Assembly (NCBI GenBank): GCA_035221665.1
Contig: CM069165.1
Coordinates: 19,158,001-19,222,000, forward strand
Length of the DNA stretch: 64,000 nt
Origin: Okamejei kenojei
Lineage: Eukaryota
Reading direction: 5' to 3'
Shown here one piece after another: positions 38,801-53,800 of this stretch. Made by a program: the position numbers and the translations under genes. The notes beneath the pieces are model-generated. The model saw only the letters and a program-made list of their open reading frames with translations. It was not told where the DNA came from and searched no databases. Numbering within the stretch: the first letter of the stretch is position 1; each line of letters starts with the position of its first letter.

Positions 38801-41800
38801 AACAATTACGGTGGTTCAAACTACCTTTTCTCCTCTATCGCCTGCCCGGCCCATTTCACCAGGATCTCCCTGTGTGTGTAGAGGGAAAACAAAAGTTTAA
38901 ATAAAGAGAAAAAGTAAGTAGTCACACCTTTACTTGCAAGGACCCATGCAAAAATAATTGTGCCACCAATCACTTTAATCTGTATACCCGGCTCATGAAT
39001 TGATTATGACACTGAAAGGATGCAGATCCAAACCTTCCCATTTGCTCCCCCCGCACCCCCTCCCTTAACCACAGAAACACCTCCTGCAGAACTGTCAATG
39101 TCTAAATAATAAAGGATACTTTACTTTACTTTATAAATAACATTCACAAGGCACTCAATATACACAGGGGTGTTGAGGATTGGGTGCAGAGTCTCCACCT
39201 CTTGCTTGGGTCAAAAGTAGATTCCATTGTGAAATGCCCAATGTAGATTCTAGATCTTGAATTCTAGATTGTGAATTGCCCATTTAGTTGTCAAGAGTAC
39301 GTTTGACCCCAACTGCCCCCTGGAACTACGGGAGGATCAGCAGTTAACACTGAGAAGAATGCTCATGGGACCAAAATAGGAACTTTATAGACTTACATGC
39401 CATTGTGAACCATTGGTTTAGAGTGACTACAGAGAGCAGGGCTTTTTTTTTGTCAAGTTTGTGCTCCAACTGGGGCCTGAGCAGAAAATTATAATTTCAG
39501 TTCTGCAACTCATCATCAGCTAAAATCTCCACGATAAGTGCAGAACATTCTGTTGTAGAATCTGGAATACCTGATGTTTCTCTGGCTGGATTCTCCCCAC
39601 CCTATCTTCCAACTCCCTGACTCTCCTGAACACCCCCACCCCACTCCTTATGCTGCAACTCCCTAGAAGATAACCAGCCTTCCCTCAGATTCCTCAGTGG
39701 AAATGGTCAGTTTCTATAATGGCTGGCTTTCAAATGAAGCACGAGGTTCAAATCCACCTATTGCAAAATAATTGTGCCACCAATCACTATATCTGTATAC
39801 CAAGGGTTAGTCCCAATTATTAAACTTTTTCTATCTCTACACATTGCTGACTGACGTGTTGTGATCCTTTCTCCTCAGAGCTTTGAACTGTCAAAAATAT
39901 TCCAGATTTCTGATCAGTTAATTTCTGTACCGGACACCACAAGAGAGTCCTTGCATTGAAGAAACTGCTTGAATGCAACATGCAGTTGTCTTGTAGATCT
40001 AACTTTCCTCAGTTTGAACTAACTGCTAATTTGAGGAAACTCTGCAAGATCAGCCTCTGTATTTTTTAAATTGCTTTATTCATCTTACTGGATAAATCTT
40101 TTTTTTTTCCCCAACATAAATAAAAGCTCTGTAGAGCCGTATAAGCAACAACCCCACAAAGGCACGTCTAAAACAGAGTCCGTTTGAGCTCCAGACAATG
40201 TACATGTTGCACTTATTCATCAAAATCGTGCTGAATTAAAGCACAATAGCAAAGCAAATGCATTTTGGAAGCAACTTTAGTGCAATTGTTGTGTTTAGGA
40301 AAAGCTATTTGAATACAGACAGCATTGCATTATACACCCCACGGGAGCACATATAAATCCTAATTATTGACAATTCTACTGTACCACACTGAAAGGTCTC
40401 TTCGACTGAGTTTAGTTTAGTGTGAAATTCACAAATTTGATTCACTTGTGGTAGAACCGCAGGTTTAAATGATTTAGGAAAGATAGATTAGTCAAAGTGA
40501 GACAGTAATAGACTGAGACAACATCGACATGGATTAGAGATTAAAAGAAGAGAAACATGGCTCTATTACCTTTTGTCCGACTTCTCCTTGGTCTCCCTGT
40601 TAATATAAATAGGGAAGCCAAAAGGAAAGCAGAGATAAGTCACCTTTATAGAATGCAGACAGAAGCAGGAAAAAGAATGAGGTCAGGTCAGGTAACATTC
40701 ACATGCAAAAATTGACAGCTGAAACTTTAACTTAACCATCCTGAAAGTGTTAAAAAATTACAAACTTAACATCCCCAGAATGAAAGATAACCTGAAGCTT
40801 GTTACCGGTTTATTAAATGGAAATGGAAGGCTTTCAACAATAGTGTAACTAATTACACTTGACAACTGTAACCATTGTTTATTAAGAGATGTTATTTTCT
40901 ATTAAAAACAGATGTCTCTGTGCCTCCGTGCAATTAATCGCTGTTGATAAACTGACGTTCGGGATTGATGCAAGACACAGATCCATCCTCGGCATTTACC
41001 TTTCGGCCCACGGATCCCGGTAATCCGGCTGGACCAGGAAGCCCTAATTCACCAACCTCACCCTGAGGGAAAGAAGAGAAAATAAAAGCACAAAAGACCA
41101 AACTGGAAAGCACCCAGCATAGAGAAGTAGACTTATAAAGCAAAGCCTGAAATAAGGCAGAAATAACTGTAGGGAAGAGAAAGAACCTGGTGGAAGTTGT
41201 CAGCATTTGTCACGGTGGGGGAGATGTTTTTACTCTGGAGAAACTTCAAAAAAACTCATAAGGATTAAATGGCCACTAACAAAGCCAATAGGAAATTTTG
41301 GAGAATATTCAAAGGTCAGTGAAGGTGAAGAATTCCCATATATATTATTGATGCATTGAAGGACAATCTAGTTGAGAAAGGAACAGGAGGTTATTCAGAC
41401 AGAGAGGAAGAGGCAGAGGTAGAGACATACTGTTCTACGACTGAGGCCCAGGTGAATAGAAATACTGGCTTGCGGGGCAGATGTACTGCATTGTCTGCTT
41501 CTGTGCTGGAAGCTCAATAAATTCATTGGCTTTGTCCAGGGAATTAATGATGGACCACAGATAAGACACAAAATGTGGAGTAAATCAGCGGGACAGGCAG
41601 CATGTCAGGAGAGAAGAAATGGGTGACTTTTCGGGTTGAGATCCTTTGTCAGACAATTTCAAACAATCTTTAATATTTCTTTAAACACAAGCCCAGTATG
41701 TCAAGCAGCACTTCTGGGGGACATGAATAGGTGACATTTTAGGTCAAGACTTGAAATATCGCCTATCCATATCCTCCAAAGGCACTGCGTGGCCCACTGA

Positions 41801-44800
41801 GTTATGCCAGCACTTTGTGTTTTGCTCAGGATTCTAGCATCTACAGTCCTTATTTTTCTCTCAGTAATCGTTCGCTACTTGTGATCCTACAATGTCATTT
41901 TACCCCCCTGAAGTCGTGTTTGAAATGATTTGTCACTCATTTGGGAAGTTAGAAGAAGTTCGCTTTTTAAAAAGAGGGGTGAAAATCTGTAGAGCTTGAT
42001 TCCAAAATGCACCTTGGATTGAATGAGTGGATTGGACTGATGTTTTCAGATTTAATTTGGATCTATATGGTAAGCCCTATAGAAAAATATCAATTTCCTT
42101 TGATCAAAGGAATAAAGAGCTGAAGATAGCTTTGCAAAGAATCTGTCCCTCTCGTGAAGACAAAGTGCGAAGTGAAAAGGTAACTTGGTACTTTGTGTGT
42201 CTGTGTTATTCAGTGATAATCCCACCACAAATTAAACAAATTAGTTCCACACTGATTGAGTTTCAGGCCTTGGCACACTGAGGCTACTGACTATTTTTTA
42301 TTTAACCACCTATCACAGAGCTTTGACAAGATTGCTGATATAACAACTTAAAAAAAGACAAATGTATATACCAGTTTTTTTTTTAATGGTAATTTCCAAT
42401 ATCATGTTACGTAGAATTTGCAGCTTAGGAACAAGTCACCAGCCCAACTAATCAGTGCTTCGTATGAGGCTTCTTTATCTCACTCCATTCACATTCCTCT
42501 CTCTTTCACTCTACAATGTAAATTTAATATTGCTCAGAACATCTTAAAGTGGCAATGAGATAAAATTATTGGCACAGCCACTGCAGCTGATAATCTCTTT
42601 CTCTTATTAACAGAACTAACATGTAATGGCAAAGAAAAAAAAACCAAAAAAACGAGAGGCAAAAGAAACTACAGATGTGGGGATCTTGGGTAAAAGGCAA
42701 AATGCTGGAGTAACTGGGCAGTCAGGCAGCATCTCTGAAGGACTTAATACCTTTCATGTCGGGGCCTTTCTTCAGACACCGAACTTCAAAGTCCGAAGAA
42801 GGGTCCCGATCTGAAATGTCCCCTATCCATGTCCCCTCCGTTGAGCAATTCCAGCACTTTGTGTTTCACTTTTTAAAAAAAACTAGAGATTTTGGAAATC
42901 TGAAGAGAAAACAGAAAATACCGGAACCATTCAGCGGGTTAGGTAGTATTTGTGAAATGAAAAACAGAGATACCACTTCAGGCTGGGAAAGTTTGTTGAA
43001 GGGTCTTAAGTCCTGAAACAAAAACGATATCTCTTTCTCCGGAGACTGCCTGATCTGCTGAGTGTTTCCAGCGTTTTCTGTTTTTTGCTCAGATATCCTT
43101 CCATTAAATTATGTTAGTTTTGTTGATTTGGGAAAGAGATTAGAGTCATAGAGTCATACAGAATGGAAACAAGCCTTTAGGGCCATTTGCCCATGGTGAC
43201 CAACATGCCCCATCTACATCAGTCCTACTTGCCTGTGCTTGGCAGCTCATTCCATATACTTATCATCCTCTGTGTAAAGAGGTTGGCCCCAGGTTCCTAT
43301 TAAATCTTTTCCCCCTCACATTAAACCTATGTCCTCTGTTTTTTGGTTCCCCTTTTCTGGGTTAAAGACTCAGTGTATTTACCCCATCTATTCCTTTCAT
43401 GATCTTATACACCTCTATAAGAACTCCCTCATCGTGCTGCGCTCCAAGGAATAAAGTCCTAGCCTGCTCAACCTCTCCTTATAACTCTGGCCCCGAGTCC
43501 TGTAAACATCCTCGTAAATCTTCTATGCACCCTTTCCAGCTGAACAACATGAAGAGATTCTCTGCTACACTGTAGATTCTCAGTTACAGTGATTGATCCA
43601 ATAATTCATTTTCGTTTTATTTAGTATAGAGATACAGTGTGGAAACAGGCCCATCCGCCCAATTGAGTCCATGCCAACCAGTGATTTTCATGCACTAGTT
43701 CTATCCTAAACACCAGGGACAATTTACAATTTTTACTGAAGTCAATGAACCTGCAAACGTGTATGTGTTTGGCGTGTTTGGGGTGTTTGGTGTTTGGTGT
43801 GTGGGAGGAAACCAGAGCAGCTGGGGAAAACCCATGCGTTCATGGAGAGAATGTACAAACTCCGTACAGACAGCAGCTGTAGTCACGTTCAAATCCGGGT
43901 TTAAATGTGTACCATAATAAATGTAGAACTATTAGGAACGTTTCTCTAGTAGAGATCTAGATGGCACAAGTAGGAATAACCATCTTTTACCATCTATGCT
44001 ATTCATATTGCAAACATCAATAAAGGTAAATGCTAAAAGATTTAATTTGAAGTGCATGGTAAAACAAGACCTGATATATTGGATAGACGAATCTTCCAGC
44101 TGGACACTTTACAAAGAAGAAGATGAACATCTAAATTTATCATATGTGGCAGAACCAGTATAAACACTTATTTTTCCGATTGTGAGGTTAGATATACAGC
44201 ACCTCAGTTCAACTGCCCCATGTACATATGACCTACTTTACAGATTATTTGTTTAGGAGAATTTAAACAGCTATATGAAGCATCTCAAGTGCACAATGAC
44301 ACTGCATAAGTCCATTAGCGAGTGTAACATTACACGGCCAACTGCACAAGCCAAATGTTTCCAGTTAAACAAATAGTTGCAGAAACTCAAGGGAACTGGA
44401 GAGAGCTGGAGATTTGTTTCCACCTGCAACTTGGGTGCAACCCAATCCTATCAAGATTCTGGTTCATTTTAAATATCCCTCTGAATTCTAACGGAAGGTA
44501 GGGAGTTACAAGGAGGAGGGGGACATTCCTCGTCTTTGACGACAATTGTTTCCTCTGTCTCCTTGAAATACTGCGGGAAAATGTATGCTGGTTGAGTTAC
44601 TTTGAAGCTTTCTGCAACTCTTAAGACTGGTGATACATCAAGTCCAGAAGGATCATTTATCTCCCTTGTGAAAGTTCGCTCCAGTAGGATTTGAGTCAAA
44701 TGCTTTTTATCTTTCCAAATATTGGCTGGGCCTCAGTGGCTATCCTTCCACTTTATGGGGGGTGGAGCGCACTGAAATGGCTCATTAATGGGCTACTGGG

Positions 44801-47800
44801 TTTCATTCCATGAAAGCTCTCCAAAAGAGTGGGAGGGTCTGGCCTGGGAAAGAGAAGACGGGAATAACTGGCACAGACGTTGGGCGATGAAGAAAAGACA
44901 AAGCAAAGCTTATAATTATCCACATTCTGTGGGCAAGAAAAGAATCCATTCATGTAAAGCTGTGCCAGGTATTAGACACGAGATGCTTCATTATGTGTAG
45001 GAAGAACTGCAGATTCTGGTTTACACCAAAGATATACACCAAATGCTGCAGTAACTCAGCGCATCAGGCAGCACCTTTGGAGAAAAGGAATAGGTTCGTC
45101 ACTCTGAAGAAGGGTCTCGACCCAATGCATCACCTATTCCTTTTCTACAGAGATGCTGCCTGACCCGCTGAGCTACTCCAGCTTTTTGTGTCTATCTTTG
45201 ATACATCATGATGTTACACATCCCGCAAAGTGAAGGCTATTATTGCACTGATGGGCAAGGAGGCACACTCAACTCATCACACCACATTGGACTTTAGATG
45301 CTGTAGTCTGAACAGTTGCCATGTGTGCCACACACTTGCCAACTGGCTTTGCACTCTCCTGGTTCCAAACAACCTAGGATTTATAGCAGAGATATAGCTC
45401 ACAGATAAGCTGGAATTTGGCAGTATTTAAGTTCCACACTTCCAACCAGCTATTAGACAACCTATCACTATGCTCCAAATATAATAGCAACATGGGAAGA
45501 AAATCTTTTCACAATCCATTGATCAGAGATGATTAACGATCACAGAGTTGAAGAGTAATTTTGATTTAGTTTGGTCCAGCTTACATCTCTAGTATAAAGC
45601 TTTTGAGAAGAATGGAACAACATTGTACATTTCACTATGTAATCTGCCTGTAGTTGAGGTAAATGATATGGATTATAATGAGGATTTGCTCTCGATAGGT
45701 GTGCCAATACCAATGCTCTTAAATGTACATCCGTTTTCTTTTTGAGAGTAATTGATATGTTGCTGCAGACATTTTCACCTTCCCTGAGGAGCTCATATTC
45801 TCAACGCTTAAAAAAACCCCCATCAGCTACCTAAAGGAGTAACAAATACAGAACAAAAAAATGGGGATTTGATGTGATGCATAGAAACCTTCCACCTTTA
45901 TTACTAACCCTCACCTTCCCTCCTGGACAATTTCCTTTTTCTTTCTTCCTCTCCTCACTTCCTCACTTTATTTTAGTTCCCCTTCCCATTTTTTCTCTCC
46001 CTTTCACATTCCTTCCTGCATTTCTCATCTTCTACTCATTCTCTCCCCCCCTTCCCTTTCTTTCCCCTTCCTCAATCCTTATTTTCCTTGCCACTCTCCT
46101 GCATTTATTAATCCATTTGCTTTACATTTCCTAATTCCGACATCTTCAGTAGGCAAGCTGCAAACGTTTACCACATACTAATGATGCTCATTCCTTTCCG
46201 CAGTGCATACTGTTTTGCTTCATCATCTGTAATAAATGCTTTAAAATCTCTTCTAATTTTCACCTTGCTGTGGCCAATCAACGGCAATAAAGCAGGAAAG
46301 AATGGCCATGATATCCACTCAAATACCCCACCCCCCTCCTTTGGAAATAACTCATCGACTCACCCTAAGCTAGTAGTTGTTTAGAAGCCAAGCCAATGAA
46401 TGATGTTATGGTTCAGTTACAGAGCAGCTCACAAGACTGATAACATGCCTATTTTCCAAATGCTTAAATGTTAAAATCCTAGATCATTAACTTGCTTTAT
46501 CCCCAACATCAAAATCCATGCTAATTCCAAGGAGGAATTAATCCAGTTTGGCTCAGGGGCTTTAAAGTGCATAACAGAAGTAAATTGAATTGTAGCTTTG
46601 ATTGCTGAAAGCGGTTCTGAGTATTGAGGTTAGAGTAATATTAATGACAGCATTGCAGTTGGTTTGCTTTGCAGTTCTGTTTACAATAAACCATAATAAC
46701 TAATGTGAAAGAACCAACACATTTTAAGTGGTTTTACTCATGGTCTGGGAATAGTTTGGACTGATATAATCTGCCAAATTCCCAGACAGTGTTTTTGGAC
46801 TAAAATTGTGCCGAAATGGATTCCGTACAAAACCTGAGATCTTTATATTTAAAAAATAATGAGACCAAGTGTGCTTCTGATCATCACCTGAACACATGAA
46901 AAAGCCAGCATGTCATAAATTGTCAATGTTCCAATCCACTTATTTATCCTCAAATATTGGCATCATTGCTTTTACACAGTTCAGAGTTAATATGATTCAT
47001 GCCTTGTTCTGCACCTTTATTTGTTTTCTTTGGATACTTTCTACTGCAGTAGGAGCATTGGATATTTTTGTGCTGCTTCGTATTAGAGTCATGGAGTCAT
47101 ACAATGTGGAAACAGGCCATTCGGCGCAACTTGCCCACACTGGCCAACAGTATTCTGTTGGGAAGTTGACTACTTGCTTGGTCTGACCTGTGGGTGGTAT
47201 AAGAAGGACATTGCAGACTCTTGTGTGCATGGGTGTTCTGCTATCAGGCCCAACAGCAATGTTAGGGTCCACAGAAGTTAGCCCTCATCCCGCGGGGACC
47301 CAGGAGGCCAGCTGACAGTGTTGGGTCGCTGGAGGATAGCCAGCATCATCTTCCCGTGAAGATAGTCAGCAATGCCAGGAGTTCCAGGAGGCTGATTGGA
47401 AAAATTGCAAGTGGGAGCTAGGGAACATTGGCATCAAGACGTTGTGGTGGTAGGAACTGGCATCAAACGGGTCATGGAGAATGGCATCAGGGAGGGTAGA
47501 GTAACAGTTGGGTTTAGACATTCCTCACTTACCTGCACGCCCCCCTTGTGTGAATGTGTGTTGTACATGCGCCTACTGGGCCAAGTCCTCCCTGCTCCCT
47601 GCAACGCTCTATAAGAAGTGATGCACACTGAATGATTGCATCATGTATGCCCTGATGCAGAGGTCATGTTGGGTCACGATGGTGACCCATGGTCGCTGGT
47701 GTGTCCAATCACTTTGCAATCAACAATAGGCAATCTAACTCCCAAACACACTCCCCGTCACACCAATGATTTAAGGCGGCAACTCCACACCTTCTCACCC

Positions 47801-50800
47801 ATCAATAAATCCTGAGCTTTCCTGTGCTAAGATGAGAAGACTGTCTGGAGACACGTCTTGAGAGTCGATTGCCTGCAGAGTCTCCGACTCTGTGTGGAAT
47901 TAGTTTGGCTCCTGATGCTGGATTTACTGCTTTACAGCCGTCTCCAAAAAAAAACAGCTTCAAGTGAAGAACTGTCGTGTTTTACTGCTACAGCTACAAA
48001 TACGCTTCCACACTTATAGTGATAGTCGACACCAACACAAATGGAATCTAGTTTTGCAGCAGCCAGCGAAGGAAATGGCCACACATTTTGAGGCCTATGT
48101 TGACAGCAGGTTCATGCAAATCCTTTGAAATAGGGTTAATACCAAGAGTGATGGTCAGGAAGAACACGCAGAGTGTTGGTCTAGACATGTTAGTCAAGAC
48201 CATATTTGCCTGCGTAACCTGGTGTTCTTAACGCCAATCACGTTTAGTGAACAGTGTGGGTGCACACATGTAATCACCTCTCATGTGCCCCAACTACAGT
48301 CCATCTCTACTTGTGCAGATAAAGCCACTGAGCTTCCTGCAGGATCAACCGCAAAGAGTTGTAAAGAAGTTTATCCAACCTTTCTTCCTGGGAGCCCGGG
48401 TATTCCTGGTTTTCCTTGCAATCCTGGTTGCCCCTGATACAAAAAGAGGAGAGAATTTGTTATTTTTTCCTTTAGCAGAAATTATTTGCATTAATTACTA
48501 CCACCTCAGCTGTTTTCATTTGAAAGAGCTGTTTACATGTGAAGCGCCACTATTGAAGGGACATTTACTAGGGTGTGACACAGATCGACAACCGTTTGGT
48601 GAAAGTTCCCCTCATTATATAAACAATGTTTTCCTGTAAAAGCAACTCCTTTTTAAGCTTCCTGGCAACGTCCTTTAAAGTTCCTGCAGCTCCATTTCCT
48701 GATTTGATTTGCTCTGCGTATCCCAGTCCCAGGCAGTTTATTGCAGTTGTCTGTTTAAGATTAGAACACAGAAATCCTGAGGGAAACTCAGTAAGGGAGC
48801 AGCAATAAAGAAATATATCGCAAAGGCTTGACATTGTGTGGTGTCTGCCTCTCAGTGGTTTAACACCTGAAATGATAGTCAATTGCTCATGCCCTCATTG
48901 CAATGCCCCATCACTTGTCGACTTTACCTTCCATTGCCTCGGTGTCAGATTCTAAAATCTACACTTTAAATTGCTCAGCTCTTCCACATCTGTCTCCATC
49001 TTTAGGCTGCTCTGTAAACTCAAGCTCTTTGACCAAGATCTGCTTTGTGGTTTGGAGTCAAACTTTTACTGTGGTTCTTGTAAACTGGGATGTTTTACTA
49101 CAAGAAGAGTACTTATGCACGACCTTGCACCTGGATTCACAAAAGGGGATGGGAAAATAATTTGAAATGTTAAGGGAGAATATTCTTTCAAGAAATTTAT
49201 TTGGATCATACCACCAATATTTCCCAAGCTGGGTATGAAAAAAAAACTTTTAATCAAAAGAACATTTCTGAAAATGTGTATACTTCAATAAAATGCATCT
49301 TTGCATAGGATAGGCAAATAGTTAATATCAGACAAACAGTATACCATATTTAGCTAAACAAAACTACACTGTACCTTGGTATGTTTTCTTTGATTAATAG
49401 AAATTTAGAATTTAGAAATTTAGGGATGGCACAGTGGTGCAGTGGTAGAGTTGCTGCCTTACATCTTGATTACAGGCGCTGTCTGTGCAGAGTTTGCACG
49501 TTCTCCCTGTTTTAATTCGGGTGCTCTGGACATTCCAAAGACATGTAGGTTTGCAGGTTAATTGGCTTCTGTGCATTATCTCTTGTGTGTTGGATAGAAC
49601 TAGTGCATGGGGTCACTGTTGATCAATGTGGGCTTGGTGGGCCGAAGGGCCTGTTTCCATGTTGTATCTCTAAACTGAACTAAAATAAAACTACTCATGG
49701 ATCCAACATTAAGTCATAATGGCACAGAAATTGGCCCCTTGGCACACCAAGTACATGCCAACTGTCAAAATCACTATCATATTAATCCTACACATTTTAT
49801 TCTCCTCAACATCCAATAAATCTCTGCAGTTATTTGTAACATGTTTATGTTCAAAGCCCAGAGAAAACCTGAACTTAGGAATCAGTGTACATAAATACAG
49901 TAGCCTAACTGGTCAACAGTCAGTCTGGTTGAGGGCAATGACTTTATGATACAAGTTTAACCACAGATTGTCTACTCTCTGTCTCTCTCTGAAGCAGTGG
50001 ACCTATTTTCACAATGCCCTTTATGTTTACATCTGTAATGATCCATTTAAGGTCAGTCAGTTAGTTCATGAGCTGTCTCTGATTCACAACTATTAATTGC
50101 TGCCATATTTCTAATTCAAGATGCTTGCCATTTTCTTTCTAATAATTAATGGTGGATTTAACATCCACAGAATGCAATGCAGTCATTAATTTCAATGCTG
50201 ATTTGGGATCTCCAGGACGGATTACAGGTATTATTTTGCACATCAAACATCAACAGTGTTTGGCTGCCTGTACGGTATTTTGGGGCATTTTGAGTCATGG
50301 AAGGTACATGGCCAAGGAGGAGAAGCTCCTACTCGACTTGGAAATTGAGGAAGTCAAGCTGGGCGTCTTCCGTGCAATGTTTAGTGCTCTTGCAGCCACA
50401 CTGTGACTTCATGTTTCCTTTATAATCCATCAAAAGGGTTAGGCTGGTAATTACTTTGCACAGATCCCAACACTTGTGTGATATGGTGGTAAAACCAGCC
50501 AAAGCTGGGAGGTCCATTATTGAATGAGTGGGCCTTTAAAACTTGGCACATATCACTGATGTTCTTTTTGATCACGCTCTTCTTTGAAGAGTCTTTCTTT
50601 AATCTTCCTCTTCCTTTTGTGTTTAGAATAGCCTCAATGTTTGATCACCCCATCTTCTCTCTGAGGAAGTCACCGTTTTACATTGCCAAAGAGGAAAAAA
50701 CATTTCCTAAATGCACAGTAATAGTTCACACTTTCTGGGCTTGTACCCTTGTACATCTTGTGCATTAGAGGGGAAAATACGACTACTTTCAATTTTTGCC

Positions 50801-53800
50801 CCTGTTTTATGAATCTACTTTCTGTACACTCTCTGGAAATGTTTTATATGAATCTATCCAGATTTATCTAAAAGTTCAATCACTGTATATGGCAAAAATT
50901 GACTATACAGTTCAACTGATCCATTGCAGTCAATGTAGCCACACCTCCACCTCAACAACAGTACCTAAAAACCTTTCTACCTTCTGCAATTAGACTGCCC
51001 AACTTTAGTAATCCAAGTAGATTCAGTTAAGGGCCAAACTAACTGAGGAAATAATAGTAAAACTCTCTCATGCTGACACTTACCTCCAAGGGGCAGTTGT
51101 CTAATTCTGTTATTAAGGTAGAACCACAAGCCAGAAGAAATGCTACACAAATAGATCTTAATTGTACCAATCCACCCCAAGTTCAGAAATTAAATATGAT
51201 GGAATAGTCATGGGGACCGATATAGGTTCAAAATATACACTAGGCATTCCAAGACAGACCCTAATAAAGGGAATGTTACTCCCGCTGCTGAATGGATTCA
51301 CTTTTGTCTATCCAGATTTATGAGTTAGTTCGTCTTGGGATTAGTCTGCCATATAATCCAGATTGAATTGTAGCTACACAGTGTACATCCAACCATGGTA
51401 CAGTCAGCCTTTTAAGCTGCATCATGATACTACTTGTATCTATTACTCTGCTTAATTACCTAATTGTACTGAAATAGCAAAATCAGCAGTCCAAATTGCT
51501 CCTACCCGAACCATCCAAAGGGCCAGGGCTGCAAGATCTAGCCTGCATTAACATCTAGCTTGAGACAATGATGGGAGGATCACAAAGGCAGGAGATAGAC
51601 GACAATGCTGGGTTAACTGGGACAGGCAGCATCTCTGGATAGAAGGAATGGGTGATGTTTCAGGTCAAGAGCCTTCTTCTTGACCCAAAATGTCACCCAT
51701 TCCTTCTCTCCAGAGATGCTGTCTGTTTTGCTGAGGTACTCCAGCATTTTTTGTCTATCTTCGGTTTAAACTAGCATCTGCATTTCCTTCCTACACAAAG
51801 GTAGGAGATGCGATTTAAGGAAATAGACACATCCTACCCACCTTAATTCCATCTCTTCCAGGTTGTCCACCATCTCCGGATTTTCCCTGGAAATAGAGAA
51901 AGTTCTGTCTTTATTTGTGGCCAGAATGTTTGTTTCATGTGATTGCCATGTATTGAGGTGGTAGGCAAGGGCTGGCTAATGTTACTGTCACAGGGACAAA
52001 AGCTTTCATCCTTCCATGATGGCCATGGTTGTAATCCATGATATGGACTAGAATCAACCTGATGGGCATCCTGCTCTCTCCTGCTTTCTCACTCTAGTAT
52101 GATGAAATGTGTTTTGTATTTGTATATAGGCTTTAATCCTGTAAAATGCCCCAAAGTAGTACATAGCTGGTTGAGCTTGAACATAGCACAGCTCCAGTGA
52201 CCTAGGATGTTGTGTGCTATCTGTGTGGAGTTTGTACACTATCCCTGTGACTAAATGGCTTTCCTCTGGGTGCACTGATTTCCTACTGTCTCCCAAAGCA
52301 TACAAGGGTCAGTAGGCTCAATAGCTGCAGGGAATTGCCTAGTGTGTAAGTAAAGGGGAGCAGGGGGAGGTTGATGGGAATGTGGAGGGAATGGGTTGTT
52401 GGGAATGTTTGTGGGGAATGGGATTGCCCTGAGAGCCAGAATTGATTTGCAGCACTGAAATGGTCGCCTCGAATCATATGGAATTATGGAAATAGGGAAA
52501 GGACTGGAATGGGAAGCATGGTCTTAACCCAAGACAGTACACCAAATGGTGGAGAGTGAGCAAAAGGAAAGCAGAAAAAAGTTTCAGAGACAGAGGCTGG
52601 CATAGATTCAGTGGGCTGAAGGGCTTGTTTCCATCCTAGATCTCAAAAATAAACTGTGCACATTTTAAAGGTTAACCGAGATTGTTTGTTTTTCCAGGCA
52701 CGACACTTATGTTTATTAATCATGCATACCAGCGTTTTATTGCGTACAAAAAAACACTGGAGTTGGGCTGCCTTTCCGAACAAAGTCTGCAAATGCAAAA
52801 TGCGGAAGGTTAAGCAGAAGCTGCTGGAATTGATATCATGAAAGCTGCATCCAAGCCAGCAACGGCCTGTCCCAATCTGAACCAGTCATGTGGGAGAATC
52901 CAGGAATCTGCCATTTCAAGACCTTTCCAATTGTAACCAGGAATCAGACACTTCTTCAGTTTCTGACTGGAAACAGTTAGTTTTGTGTGGGGTGAAGGAA
53001 GCCGATCAATTTTGTCCAAACATAACTACCAGTCTGACCCACTACTTCTGATGTAAAGCACTAATCAATCCAGCTTTGCAATATAACTTGAAGCAGCTGT
53101 GGTCGGTGATGGATAAAATCCAATGACTCATTAAAAAGCAGCCAATTTCTTAAATTTCCTGGCCCTAAATTTGGCCAGGGGACACCAATTGAACAAATGC
53201 TATTGCACTTCTGAAGACACACTGCCCTGGATTTTTGGAGCAGTTGAATCATCTATTTTACTAGAGAAAGAATGCAGTCTGGAATTTGAAGGAAACTTGT
53301 TGAGCCTCACTCTGTCAGTGGCGCCCCATGAGCACAGACTGCAAAGCCCAATAACAAACCCCCAGTGCCAGCAAATGTCATTCTGTTGGAACTGAACCAT
53401 TTTAGCACAAATGTCCATCTCCTCCTGATTCTGCACTTTGTTGCCCTAGCAAACATGCCTTAGCAAATGTAGCAAAATTGTAACTCAGGTAGTTCACCTC
53501 TGTCAGTGCCCGTGAAGCAGTTCTGTAATTAGCACACTGAGTACTCTTTGACACTGCTGAAATAATTGTGTTTGCAAAGCATCACAACATCCTGGGTTTA
53601 GGCATTGGGACAATACAAACAGGAAGAAATGTAAAGAAAGATTAATTCTTAATTCCTTTGTCACGCGGCTGCTTGGCAAATGACAACAGTTCCAGAAGTC
53701 CGCAGGAGAGAGATAAACGGTCAAAGCTAAAACTTACTGGGAAACCGTCAGCCCCTGGCTTTCCTGAATCCCCTGGAGGTCCTTTTGGGCCTGGAGGTCC

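Noticed and set aside
47278-47391. PPGTPGI...PPGSP stretch after a CAG on the minus strand
   Set aside because: Gly-X-Y is not maintained and the frame runs into TAA without a convincing donor.
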